Shown here piece by piece: positions 1 to 12,458 of a stretch of DNA of 64,000 bases (position 1 is the first letter of the stretch; each line of letters begins with the position of its first letter). Under the pieces are notes generated by a model. That model made no database searches, was not told the DNA's origin, and saw nothing but the letters and a program-made list of their open reading frames with translations. Both the position numbers and the translations under genes were made by a program. Origin of the DNA: Bacillota bacterium (lineage in GTDB: Bacteria; Bacillota; Halanaerobiia; Halanaerobiales; M55B127); NCBI GenBank assembly GCA_051745185.1, contig JBNJDV010000001.1, positions 745 to 64,744 of the forward strand. Reading direction: 5' to 3'.

Positions 1-351
1 TCTCATTATTATACTTAATCCAAGTCCCATTATCCCTAAAATGAATAAACTAAAATATAATTTTGCAAATGAACTCTCAGCCATATTGAAGACACCGAAA
101 TATAGATATACAGTAAAAGCAAATGAAAAATATCTTCTGTACAGCACAAATCCTGGGATTAAATATCTGCTTCTAGGGTATTTTTTCCTGATAATTTTTA
201 CCAGCCAATCTGATATAAATACTGCTATTAACTGGATTATAAAAATGACAATTCCCCAGGGCCATAAATAAAAGGGATTTAAAATTGCAATTAAAATCAC
301 TGCTATAACTGAAAACAAAAGTGCATATTTATAAAATTCCCATTTGGGCAA
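1..351 (-). CDS. hypothetical membrane protein, N-terminal part (ORF runs off the window start)
   Basis: The minus-strand frame is open from 351 to 1 (117 codons). It is absent from the ORF track because there is no stop in the window. A TTG at 349-351 sits 9 nt after a GGAGG that overlaps the ligA stop. The translation KWEFYKYALLFSVIAVILIAILNPFYLWPWGIVIFIIQLIAVF... is strongly hydrophobic. The plus ORF 41..271 is its antisense shadow. Confidence 0.4.
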   Translation of the reverse strand, partial: MPKWEFYKYALLFSVIAVILIAILNPFYLWPWGIVIFIIQLIAVFISDWLVKIIRKKYPRSRYLIPGFVLYRRYFSFAFTVYLYFGVFNMAESSFAKLYFSLFILGIMGLGLSIIMR

Positions 352-353
352 GA

Positions 354-4545
<4,192 letters not shown>

Positions 4546-4546
<1 letters not shown>

Positions 4547-4986
4547 TAATTTTCCACTCCTGGTTTTATTATTCTATATTCTTGTTTAATTTGTTTAAGA
4601 TGTTTACTAAGATCAATTTTTTCTTTGGAGTATAATAAGTGTGATATACAGGCACAGTCACTTGAACCAAAACCCTTAATTGGCATTTTGAAATTGTCAC
4701 TTTCTTTTAAATTATTAAGCATATTACACTCAAGTGCTTTTTTAGCATTAAAGATTGCATATTCAACTATTATTGCTCTATCCAACAAATAGTCAATATG
4801 CCAGTGAAACTTTTTTTCTTTACTTAAATGCCTCTCTATTCTACTATTAAGATTTCTCTGAGCTGAACCAATGTAGAAATAATAACCCTTATTATATTTA
4901 AACTTACCTAATGCTCCTATTTTGATTATATCATCTTCTTTTAGATATATTTTTAATATATAAATCCCAGCATTAAAATCACTCAT
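4546..4986 (-). CDS. GIY-YIG nuclease superfamily protein, DUF123 type
   Basis: 146-aa ORF with GIYILKIY, YYFYIGSA, RIERH, HWHIDYL and GFGSSDCACISHLLY, the hallmark pattern of DUF123/Uri-type GIY-YIG proteins. Its TAA stop overlaps the pcrA ATG (TAATG). Confidence 0.8.
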
Positions 4987-5051
4987 TTATATATCTCCTA
5001 ACTAATTAACTTCTATAATTTTATTTATTAATCCTTCCCTTTCTACTAATC

Positions 5052-5080
5052 TTTACTAAAGATTTTTTTGATGATATAAT
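5052..5080 (+). promoter_or_regulatory. candidate sigma-A promoter for tRNA-Pro
   Basis: TTTACT (5052-5057), a 17-nt spacer, then TATAAT (5075-5080) with an extended -10 TGa. It lies about 35 nt upstream of the tRNA 5' end. Confidence 0.4.
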
Positions 5081-5115
5081 AAAAAAGGATGAAAGTATAA
5101 AAATTATTGTCAATT

Positions 5116-5192
5116 CTGGCTATAGCGCAGTTTGGTAGCGCGCTTGCTTCGGGAGCAAGAGGTCCCCGGTTCAAATCCGGGTAGCCAGACCA
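5116..5192 (+). tRNA. tRNA-Pro (anticodon CGG), CCA encoded
   Basis: Hand-folded cloverleaf. The acceptor stem CTGGCTA/TAGCCAG has C1:G72 and discriminator A73. D stem is GCGC/GCGC. Anticodon stem CTTGC/GCAAG carries the loop TTCGGGA (anticodon CGG, G37). T arm is CCCGG-TTCAAAT-CCGGG, and the 3' CCA is encoded. Confidence 0.9.
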
Positions 5193-5304
5193 TTTTATTT
5201 TCTATGACACTAAAATATTATAACATAAATAGGGCTAAAATGCATGTTTTGTAGGGATATCAACCCCTATTAATTATAGATATTATCATAAATATATTCA
5301 ACGT

Positions 5305-5347
5305 AAAAAGAGTGATAACTAACTTGAGTTAGGAATCACTCTTTTTA
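5305..5347. terminator. bidirectional rho-independent terminator (tRNA-Pro and peroxiredoxin gene)
   Basis: A long hairpin AGAGTGATAACTAACT-TG-AGTTAGGAATCACTCT is flanked by an A-run on one side and a T-run on the other. It lies between two convergent transcription units. Confidence 0.6.
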
Positions 5348-5362
5348 ATATCATCTGTTTTT

Positions 5363-5806
5363 TTAGTCAATATCTTTTAAATATTCAACTACTCTTTCTA
5401 CATGACCATCAATTTTAACTTTAGGAAACACTTTCATTATTTTTTGTTCTTTTGAAATAATAAAAGTAGATCTTTTATACATTCCAATCATGTTAACCAC
5501 ATCAAACTTTTTGGCAAGTTTTTTATCAACATCTGCAAGTAGTGGATAAGTTAAATCATATTCATCAGCGAATTTTTGATGAGATTCAACACTGTCACTA
5601 CTAACACCTACTACTTTTGTTTTTAACCCCTCCAGGGTTTTCAACTGCTTTTGAAAAGCAACTGCTTCCTTTTTTCAGCCCGAAGTATTATCTTTGATGT
5701 AGAAAAACATTACTAATCTCTTGTCTTTAAAATCTTCGCGGCAGTGTTCTTTACCATTTTGGTCATTTAAGCAAAAATCAGGTAACTTTTCTCCTACTCT
5801 AATCAT
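5363..5806 (-). CDS. Bcp/PrxQ-type peroxiredoxin with in-frame TGA at the peroxidatic position (candidate selenocysteine protein)
   Basis: The ORF track gives only a 93-aa TTG-started C-terminal fragment (5363..5644). The same frame continues upstream to an ATG at 5806 (SD GGAAGGG, 5-nt spacer): MIRVGEKLPDFCLNDQNGKEHCREDFKDKRLVMFFYIKDNTSG-TGA(5675-5677)-KKEAVAFQKQLKTLEG... The TGA falls exactly where Bcp has FYPKxxTPGC. Total length is 148 codons, the normal Bcp size. Confidence 0.8.
5625..5664 (-). promoter_or_regulatory. candidate SECIS-like hairpins downstream of the in-frame UGA
   Basis: Hairpin 1 is 11 nt after the UGA: CAGUUGCUUU-UCA-AAAGCAGUUG, a 10-bp stem including 2 G-U pairs. Hairpin 2 spans +36 to +50: AACCC-UGGAG-GGGUU, with a G-containing apical loop. 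Both were hand-folded, and which one acts as the SECIS (if either does) is unresolved. Confidence 0.35.
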
Positions 5807-5893
5807 CTTTACCCTTCCTTTCATAACAATACTTAAACTTATATATTATAGTTGTTTATTTTTAGATATAATCCTTCATTTTAAGGTTTTATA

Positions 5894-6685
5894 CTATAAA
5901 TTTGAACTGCTTGCTCCACCGTCTAATACAATTGATGCTCCATTTAAATAACTTGCTTTTTTAGAACATAAGAAGGTTACAAATTCACCTAATTCCATCG
6001 GTTCACCTAATCTTTTTAAGGGTATATTACTGCTTTTTGCATTTAATGCTTCTTCATAAGTTTTGAATTTGCCGTCTTTTACCTGTTTTTCTAAAAGATA
6101 TTTGACTCGATCTGTTTCATGCAGGCCTTGAAGAATTGCATTAACCCTTATTTTAGGACCCAATTCTTTAGTAAGGGTTTTCATTAAACCAATCACAGAC
6201 ATCCGTACTGAATTAGAAAGTACTAAATCTTCAATAGCTTCCTTTACACTTATTGATGTTAGGTTAACAATAGTACCCCCGTCCCCTTCTTTTAAATACT
6301 CAAGAGACTCTCTTACCAATCTCACTACACTCATAACTAAAAGATCAAATGACTTATACCAGTCTTCATCACTAGTTTCAACAAATGATTTACTGGGTGG
6401 CCCACCTGCTGATGTTACTAAATGATCTAATCTACCATAAGTACTATAGGTTTTTTCAACTAATTTTTTTATATCTTCTTTTTTAGTAATATCAGCTACC
6501 TGACCAACTACCTGACCTTTATTTAAACTTTTTAACTCTTGTACTGTATTGTTTAATCTCTCCTCATTACGCCCATTAACCACTACATTTACACCTTCCT
6601 TAACTAAAGCAGTTGCAACTGCTTTACCTAATCCACTGCTTGATGCAGTTATTAAAGCACTATTTCCCTTAATCTTTAAATCCAT
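5894..6685 (-). CDS. SDR-family oxidoreductase (3-oxoacyl-ACP reductase-like)
   Basis: Contains the Rossmann motif TASSSGLGKA and SDR-typical length and C-terminal GASIVLDGG. I moved the start to ATG 6685 (SD AAGGGGTG); the track start 6697 is a GTG inside that SD. Confidence 0.85.
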   Translation of the reverse strand: MDLKIKGNSALITASSSGLGKAVATALVKEGVNVVVNGRNEERLNNTVQELKSLNKGQVVGQVADITKKEDIKKLVEKTYSTYGRLDHLVTSAGGPPSKSFVETSDEDWYKSFDLLVMSVVRLVRESLEYLKEGDGGTIVNLTSISVKEAIEDLVLSNSVRMSVIGLMKTLTKELGPKIRVNAILQGLHETDRVKYLLEKQVKDGKFKTYEEALNAKSSNIPLKRLGEPMELGEFVTFLCSKKASYLNGASIVLDGGASSSNL

Positions 6686-6726
6686 AATATTTAACACCCC
6701 TTTATTTATGAAAATAAGTTAAGAAA

Positions 6727-7620
6727 TTAATTAAATATTTTATTAGCGGAATAAATTATTTTTTTAATTAACTCATTACCTTTTCTATTTTTATTAAAAG
6801 CAAGATAAAACTTGCGGGACAGATCCATTTCACTAACTTTAATTTCTTTTATTCTTCCATATTCATCTGCTTTACTAGAAGCAAACTTTGAAACAAATGA
6901 AATACCCAATCCTGCTTGAACAGCAGCTATAATCGCTTCTGTACTTCCTAATCTACATTTAATATTTAATTCATTATACTGAACACCTGCATTTTTAAAA
7001 CCCTCAAGCATTGCTTTTCTAGTGCCTGAACCAACTTCTCTGATTAATATACTTTCTGCTTTTAAATCCTGCATCTTTATTTTATCCTTCTTAGTTAAAC
7101 TATGCCCCAAAGGAGTTATTAACCTAAGCTCATCTTCAACTATTTCTATAGTTTCATATTTACTATTTGTGGGTTTAGAACCTACTAATATTACATCAAC
7201 TTCCCCTTTTTCTAACAATTCTATCATTTCTGCACTATCACCAACTTCAATACAAGACTTAATCTCTGGATCATTTTTAGAAAAATCAGCTAAGAGGTCT
7301 GGTAATATATATTCAGAAGGGATTGTACTAGAACCAATTATTATATTTTTATATAACTTATCCTTTTTGTTTTCAACATCTATTAAAAGTTTTTCCCACT
7401 TCTCTATTATATCTTTAGCATTTCTATATACAGCTTTACCGGAAGGCGTTAAATTAATATTTCCTTTTTCTTTATAGACAAGTTCTGTATCGAATCTTTC
7501 TTCTAATGCCTTGATCTGCATACTAATAGCTGGTTGAGTTAATTCCATTTTTTCTGCTGCTAATGAATAACTACCTGTATCGATTAAATTGACAAATATC
7601 TTTAATGTATTTATTTTCAT
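6727..7620 (-). CDS. LysR-family transcriptional regulator
   Basis: N-terminal wHTH (LKIFVNLIDTGSYSLAAEKMELTQPAISMQIKALEERF) plus a LysR substrate-binding domain. I set the start to ATG 7620 (SD AGGTG), which removes a 6-codon extension from the track ORF. Confidence 0.9.
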   Translation of the reverse strand: MKINTLKIFVNLIDTGSYSLAAEKMELTQPAISMQIKALEERFDTELVYKEKGNINLTPSGKAVYRNAKDIIEKWEKLLIDVENKKDKLYKNIIIGSSTIPSEYILPDLLADFSKNDPEIKSCIEVGDSAEMIELLEKGEVDVILVGSKPTNSKYETIEIVEDELRLITPLGHSLTKKDKIKMQDLKAESILIREVGSGTRKAMLEGFKNAGVQYNELNIKCRLGSTEAIIAAVQAGLGISFVSKFASSKADEYGRIKEIKVSEMDLSRKFYLAFNKNRKGNELIKKIIYSANKIFN

Positions 7621-7667
7621 CCTAACACCTACTTCCATAGTGTGGCTATTAAATCTTTTACAAATTT

Positions 7668-7841
7668 TTATTGCTTTTTAGAAAAGCTAAATAAATTCAT
7701 AAAGTAATCAATTATGTTTTTTATTAAACTATCATTTTTTTCTTTAATTTTTTTCTCTAGATCTTTACCAGTTTCTGTGGTTTCATACATATCTTCTTTA
7801 AATTCATCCATTATGTTTTTTAAATTTTTATCTTTACTCAT
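7668..7841 (-). CDS. small hypothetical protein (57 aa, K/E-rich)
   Basis: ORF with SD AGAGGTGG 5 nt before ATG 7841. I recognise no family. It is co-directional with the LysR gene and just upstream of it. Confidence 0.35.
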   Translation of the reverse strand: MSKDKNLKNIMDEFKEDMYETTETGKDLEKKIKEKNDSLIKNIIDYFMNLFSFSKKQ

Positions 7842-7989
7842 CACTTCCACCTCTTTTATAAGTTTTTCTTATATGTAATTATAATATATATTTATGATAA
7901 AAATCAATTTATTTAATCATTCAAAATACTTTTAATCTATTCGTTGGTGTTATATAATAAAAGTGTAACAAAAACAGGGAGGTGTAATA

Positions 7990-8142
7990 ATGTCTGCTAA
8001 AGGAAAAGGTCACGAGAAAGGTAAGTATAAATGTAAAAACTGTGGAAATGTTATAGTACTGGACTCCTTTTCAAATAGACTCCCTACATGCCCTGATTGT
8101 CAAAGCACAAAATACTCTAGAATTGGTAGTGAAAGACACTAG
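7990..8142 (+). CDS. small zinc-ribbon protein (50 aa), not in ORF track
   Basis: SD GGGAGGTG lies 6 nt before ATG 7990. Translation is MSAKGKGHEKGKYKCKNCGNVIVLDSFSNRLPTCPDCQSTKYSRIGSERH, with CxxC-x15-CxxC. A strong terminator follows 10 nt after the TAG. Confidence 0.6.
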   Translation: MSAKGKGHEKGKYKCKNCGNVIVLDSFSNRLPTCPDCQSTKYSRIGSERH

Positions 8143-8152
8143 TAAATAATAA

Positions 8153-8187
8153 AGCCGGGTTCATTTTGAACCCGGCTTCTTTTTTTT
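8153..8187. terminator. bidirectional rho-independent terminator
   Basis: Perfect 10-bp stem AGCCGGGTTC / GAACCCGGCT with a 5-nt loop and a T-run (8178-8187). It sits between the convergent zinc-ribbon ORF and pepF. Confidence 0.65.
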
Positions 8188-9961
8188 ATATTTTTTCTTC
8201 AGCTATCTTATTGAATTCATCAATATACTCTTTTATAACATCTAAAGAACTTAACCAAAACTCTTTTGACTGGATATCTATATCAACCATTTTTGCAACC
8301 TCTTTAACCTTGTTTTTCCCAGTTGCTTTTAATAATTTATTATACTGTGTCATAAAATCATCATTAGATTCCTTGCTTACCGCATATACTCCTAATCCAA
8401 AGAGTAACCCAAATGCATAAGGAAAATTATAGTAATTATTGCCAGCTGAATAATAATGAGGTTTGTTCAACCACATATAGGGATGTAAATATTCATGGTC
8501 TAATCCTTCTCCATAGGCTTTCTTTTGTGCTTCAACCATCATCTCTTTTAATTCATCTACACTTAAGGAACTGTTTTGTCTTTCCTCAAATAAGTTTTTT
8601 TCAAATGTAAATCTACTGTATATATCGACTATTACCTGGCCTGCAGTACCAATGAAATTTTCTAAAATTGAAAAAACCTGATCTTTATCTCCCACCTCTA
8701 AAGCTGCTTCAGTTACAATTGTTTCACTAAATATTGAAGCGGTTTCAGCAAGAGGCATTGGATAGTCAGAGTTTAAAATGCTTTCTTCTTCAAGACAGTG
8801 TCCGTGATAAGCATGTCCTAACTCATGAGCTAATGTAGTTACATCACTAAACGAACCGGTAAAGTTGCTTAAAATCCTGCTTTCTTTTATTGGATGAAGG
8901 TTATAACAAAAAGCTCCACCTCTTTTTCCTTCTTTGGGTTTAGCATCTATCCAGTTATTTTCAAATGCTTCTGTATATAATTCTGCCATTTCTGTACTGA
9001 AATTTTCAATGTTAGACACAATAAAATCTTTAGCTTCCTCATAACTAAACTCCATATCTTTGTCCCCAAGAGGAGCAAATAGGTCATAAAAGGGTAAACC
9101 ATTTTCATGTCCTAACATTTTAGCCTTAGTTTTATAAAATTCTCTAAACATAGGTAATCTTTCTTCTATAGCATTTATTAGGGCATCAAGAGTTTGTTGT
9201 TCCATTCTAGAATCCTTTAATGATTGCTCTAACGCAGAATCATAACCTTTGCGTTCTGTTAAAGTTATAACTTCACCCTTAATACCATTTAAAGCTGCTG
9301 CAACTCCTTCTTCTATTTTTTCATATGAATTTAATTCTGCATCATAGGCTGTTTTTCTGATTTTAGGATCTTTTTTATATGCCATATTTCTAACCACAGG
9401 TAGTGGAAGTTCCTTTTTTTCACCTTCAATTTCAATAGGTACTTGAAGAGTTGAGGTGAGTTTTTGCTGTAATTTAGTCCAGGCTGAAGAACCAGTTTGC
9501 TTCAGCTTTGCAATTATTTCTTCTTCGTTTTCATTTAATAAATAATTACTGTTTTCTACTAGTTCTTCTATAAAAAACCTGTGTTCATTTAATAGTTCGG
9601 ATTTTGAATATAATTTTCTTCTATCTTCAATATCACTTAACCATTTTTGGAAATTCACCATAACTTTTGTCATTTTTACTGATTGTTTATCTAACTTTTC
9701 AATCATTTTTAAGGCAGTATTATTTTGAGCATCTACACTTACTGTTAAATGACTATATGCATTTAACTTCATAGATAGGCTGTAGAATTCTTTTAATAAA
9801 TTTAAAAATTTTTCTGCTGTTTTGCTTTTTTGGTTGTCTTTATTATCAAACTTCCATTTTGATAATTTTGAAATTAACTTTTCAAACCTAGCTTTATCAT
9901 CCTTAAACTCTTTAGAATCAAATCCAGGATATAGTTCATTAAGACTCCAGTTTTCTTCCAT
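8186..9961 (-). CDS. pepF: oligoendopeptidase F (M3B metallopeptidase)
   Basis: Contains the HEXXH zinc motif HELGHAYH in M3B length and context. I set the start to ATG 9961 (MEENWSLNELYPGF, SD AGGAGTG). The track's 43-codon extension would overlap the upstream gene and its terminator. Confidence 0.9.
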   Translation of the reverse strand: MEENWSLNELYPGFDSKEFKDDKARFEKLISKLSKWKFDNKDNQKSKTAEKFLNLLKEFYSLSMKLNAYSHLTVSVDAQNNTALKMIEKLDKQSVKMTKVMVNFQKWLSDIEDRRKLYSKSELLNEHRFFIEELVENSNYLLNENEEEIIAKLKQTGSSAWTKLQQKLTSTLQVPIEIEGEKKELPLPVVRNMAYKKDPKIRKTAYDAELNSYEKIEEGVAAALNGIKGEVITLTERKGYDSALEQSLKDSRMEQQTLDALINAIEERLPMFREFYKTKAKMLGHENGLPFYDLFAPLGDKDMEFSYEEAKDFIVSNIENFSTEMAELYTEAFENNWIDAKPKEGKRGGAFCYNLHPIKESRILSNFTGSFSDVTTLAHELGHAYHGHCLEEESILNSDYPMPLAETASIFSETIVTEAALEVGDKDQVFSILENFIGTAGQVIVDIYSRFTFEKNLFEERQNSSLSVDELKEMMVEAQKKAYGEGLDHEYLHPYMWLNKPHYYSAGNNYYNFPYAFGLLFGLGVYAVSKESNDDFMTQYNKLLKATGKNKVKEVAKMVDIDIQSKEFWLSSLDVIKEYIDEFNKIAEEKI

Positions 9962-10040
9962 GATATTATTCACTCCTGTTGAAATATTTTTTTGTATATA
10001 AAACATAAACCGGGTTTTATCCCGGCTTTTATTTGTATAT

Positions 10041-10355
10041 TTATTTAATTTTGACAGCAGTTCCATAGGCAAGTATTTCAGCTGCACCACCCATGACCTG
10101 AGAAGTTGTAAATCTGAGATTCACTACTGCATCAGCATTTAATTTTTTAGCTTCCTCTTCCATTCTAATTAGTGCTTCTTCTCTTGCTTCACTGATCATT
10201 TGAGTATATTCTTTTACCTCACCACCAACAATATTTCTCAAACCAGCTACAATATCATTTCCTATATGTCGTGCTCTAATTGTATTACCCCGGACTAAAC
10301 CTAATACTTCAGTAATTTCTTTACCTTTAATCTCTTCAGTATTAACTGTAAACAT
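10041..10355 (-). CDS. YbjQ/UPF0145 family protein
   Basis: 104-aa ORF with the typical UPF0145 pattern (VLGLVRGNTIRARHIGNDIVAGLRNIVGGE...AVVNLRF...AYGTAVKI). Confidence 0.85.
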   Translation of the reverse strand: MFTVNTEEIKGKEITEVLGLVRGNTIRARHIGNDIVAGLRNIVGGEVKEYTQMISEAREEALIRMEEEAKKLNADAVVNLRFTTSQVMGGAAEILAYGTAVKIK

Positions 10356-10369
10356 AAATCTTCTCCTCC

Positions 10370-11047
10370 TTATATAGTATTATTTAATGGACATTTATTA
10401 CATAAAGGGGAGCTTTTTAAACAGTGCTCTTTTGCATGTTTTACTAACAATGCATGGTATTCATTAAATATTTTACAATCATTTACTAAGTTTTTTTCAA
10501 AAAGTGCTTTTAATTTATCATATGAAACATCTTCTGAAGTATAATCGATTCTAGAAAATATTCTTTTTGTATAGGTATCTACAACAAATACAGGTTTATT
10601 AAAAGCATATAGTAGAATTGAATCAGCAGTTTCAGGTCCTATACCATAAATATCTAGTAATTTTTTCCTTATTTTTTTGGGCTTCCCTTTACTTAACTTA
10701 TTTAAATTTAGATTATAATTATCATCTATATATGAAACAAATGATTTTAATTTCTTTGCTTTCATATTATAATATCCGGAAGGTTTTATCAATTCTGCCA
10801 GTCTTTTTTCTTTTACTTCTTTTAATTTTTTTAAACTAATTAAATCAGCTTCTTTTAGATTGGAAATTGCTTTTTCAACATTTGTCCAGTTTACGGATTG
10901 GGTTAATATCGCACCTATAATAACTTCAAGTGCACTGTCCGCCGGCCACCAATCTTGTGGACCATAATGGTCAAATAGTTGTTTATAGATAGTTTCCAAT
11001 CCTTCTCGTACATTATAGTTATCCTTAATATTATTACAGGGATACAT
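10370..11047 (-). CDS. endonuclease III-related HhH-GPD domain protein
   Basis: Contains DWWPADS...AILTQSVNW, an HhH region (IYGIGPETADSILLYA) and a C-terminal Cys cluster CLKSSPLCNKCPL. Confidence 0.8.
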   Translation of the reverse strand: MYPCNNIKDNYNVREGLETIYKQLFDHYGPQDWWPADSALEVIIGAILTQSVNWTNVEKAISNLKEADLISLKKLKEVKEKRLAELIKPSGYYNMKAKKLKSFVSYIDDNYNLNLNKLSKGKPKKIRKKLLDIYGIGPETADSILLYAFNKPVFVVDTYTKRIFSRIDYTSEDVSYDKLKALFEKNLVNDCKIFNEYHALLVKHAKEHCLKSSPLCNKCPLNNTI

Positions 11048-11048
11048 T

Positions 11049-12443
11049 TTATCCTTCCTTATTTAAAATATCTTTAGCAATTACAATCCCGGAGACTGAA
11101 GCCTGCATTAATCCTCTGGTAATACCTGCTCCATCACCTGCTGTATAAAGATTATTAACATTTGTTTCTAAGTTATTATTTACATCTAACCTGTTTGAAT
11201 AAAACTTAACTTCTACCCCATAAAGCAGGGTATCTCTTGAATAAAGACCAGGTGCTAAGTTATCCAATGCTTCAAGCATCTCAATTATTCCTTTAAGATG
11301 ACGATATGGAATTACTAAACTTAAATCCCCAGGAGTGGCTTCTTTTAAAGTTGGTTCAATTATTCCACGATCTATCCTAACCGGAGTTGAACGATGTCCA
11401 TCCAATAAGTCGCCAAGCCTTTGTACTAAAACTCCACCACCTAATAGATTAGCTAATTTTGCTATGTTTTTTCCATAAGTAATTGGTTCATGAAATGGTT
11501 CAGTAAATGTTTTACTAACTAATAATGCGAAATTAGTGTTCTCTGTTTTGATATCAGAGTGGCTGTGTCCGTTTACTGTTATTAACCCCTGATTGTTTTC
11601 ATTTACTACCTCACCATAGGGTGACATACAAAAAGTCCTTACCTTATCATCAAAAGTTGGTGTTTGGTAGATCAACTTTGATTCATAAAGATTTTCGGTC
11701 AGCTGTTCAGCAATTACCGCAGAGGTTTCTACTCTAACTCCTATATCAACAGGATTAATAGTAGTGTTAATATCCAATTTAGGTGCTAGTGAACCAAGCC
11801 AGGCTGCATTTTCTCGTCCAGGTGCTGTTATTACATATTTTGCATAATATTTTTCATCATTTTTAGTTTTAACACCAATTATTTTATCATCTTCTAGAAT
11901 AAAATCTTTAACATTTGTTTTAAACTTAATATCAACACCCTTACTTTCAATGAATTCCTTCATATTAGAAAGTACTGTTTTTGTATATCCTGTACCTAAA
12001 TGTCTTAACTTTGCTGGTATAAACTTTAATTGAGCTTTTATAGCCTTGGCTTTGATATCATCTAATTTTGATTCATCAACACCAAAGATTCTATCAGGAG
12101 CACCAAATCTTAAATACTCTTTATCAGCATATTTAATCAAATCTTTCAATCGTTGTAATCCAATATACTCCTCTAGATGTCCTCCTATTTTTGGAGAAAG
12201 AGATAGTTTGCCATCACTAAAAGCTCCGGCTCCTCCCCAACCAGATACAACTGAACAACTATCACAATTAATACATCCCATACCTGGATTTTGTTTCATT
12301 GGACATTCTCTTTTGGAAATGTCTTTACCTTTTTCAATCATTAAAATATTCAGGTTTTCATTATTTTTAATTAATTCTAACACAGAAAATATTCCAGTTG
12401 GTCCGGTTCCAACTACTATAACATCATAATTTTTATTACTCAT
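11049..12443 (-). CDS. FAD-dependent protein (COG2509-type NAD(FAD)-utilising dehydrogenase)
   Basis: N-terminal dinucleotide fold DVIVVGTGPTGIF and a Cys-rich insert CPMKQNPGMGCINCDSC. 464 aa. Confidence 0.8.
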   Translation of the reverse strand: MSNKNYDVIVVGTGPTGIFSVLELIKNNENLNILMIEKGKDISKRECPMKQNPGMGCINCDSCSVVSGWGGAGAFSDGKLSLSPKIGGHLEEYIGLQRLKDLIKYADKEYLRFGAPDRIFGVDESKLDDIKAKAIKAQLKFIPAKLRHLGTGYTKTVLSNMKEFIESKGVDIKFKTNVKDFILEDDKIIGVKTKNDEKYYAKYVITAPGRENAAWLGSLAPKLDINTTINPVDIGVRVETSAVIAEQLTENLYESKLIYQTPTFDDKVRTFCMSPYGEVVNENNQGLITVNGHSHSDIKTENTNFALLVSKTFTEPFHEPITYGKNIAKLANLLGGGVLVQRLGDLLDGHRSTPVRIDRGIIEPTLKEATPGDLSLVIPYRHLKGIIEMLEALDNLAPGLYSRDTLLYGVEVKFYSNRLDVNNNLETNVNNLYTAGDGAGITRGLMQASVSGIVIAKDILNKEG

Positions 12444-12458
12444 TTATTTACACTCCTA

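Noticed and set aside
41-271. Plus-strand 76-aa ORF at the window start.
   Set aside because: It is antisense to a longer, membrane-protein-like minus-strand frame that is open to the window edge and has an SD-TTG start right after ligA.
5193-5300. Nested hairpins (AATAGGG...CCCTATT and TAGGG-ATATCAAC-CCCTA) downstream of tRNA-Pro, considered as a possible small RNA or riboswitch.
   Set aside because: They are short AT-rich stems with no conserved motif that I recognise and no downstream gene on that strand. They are most simply part of the tRNA 3' trailer and terminator region.
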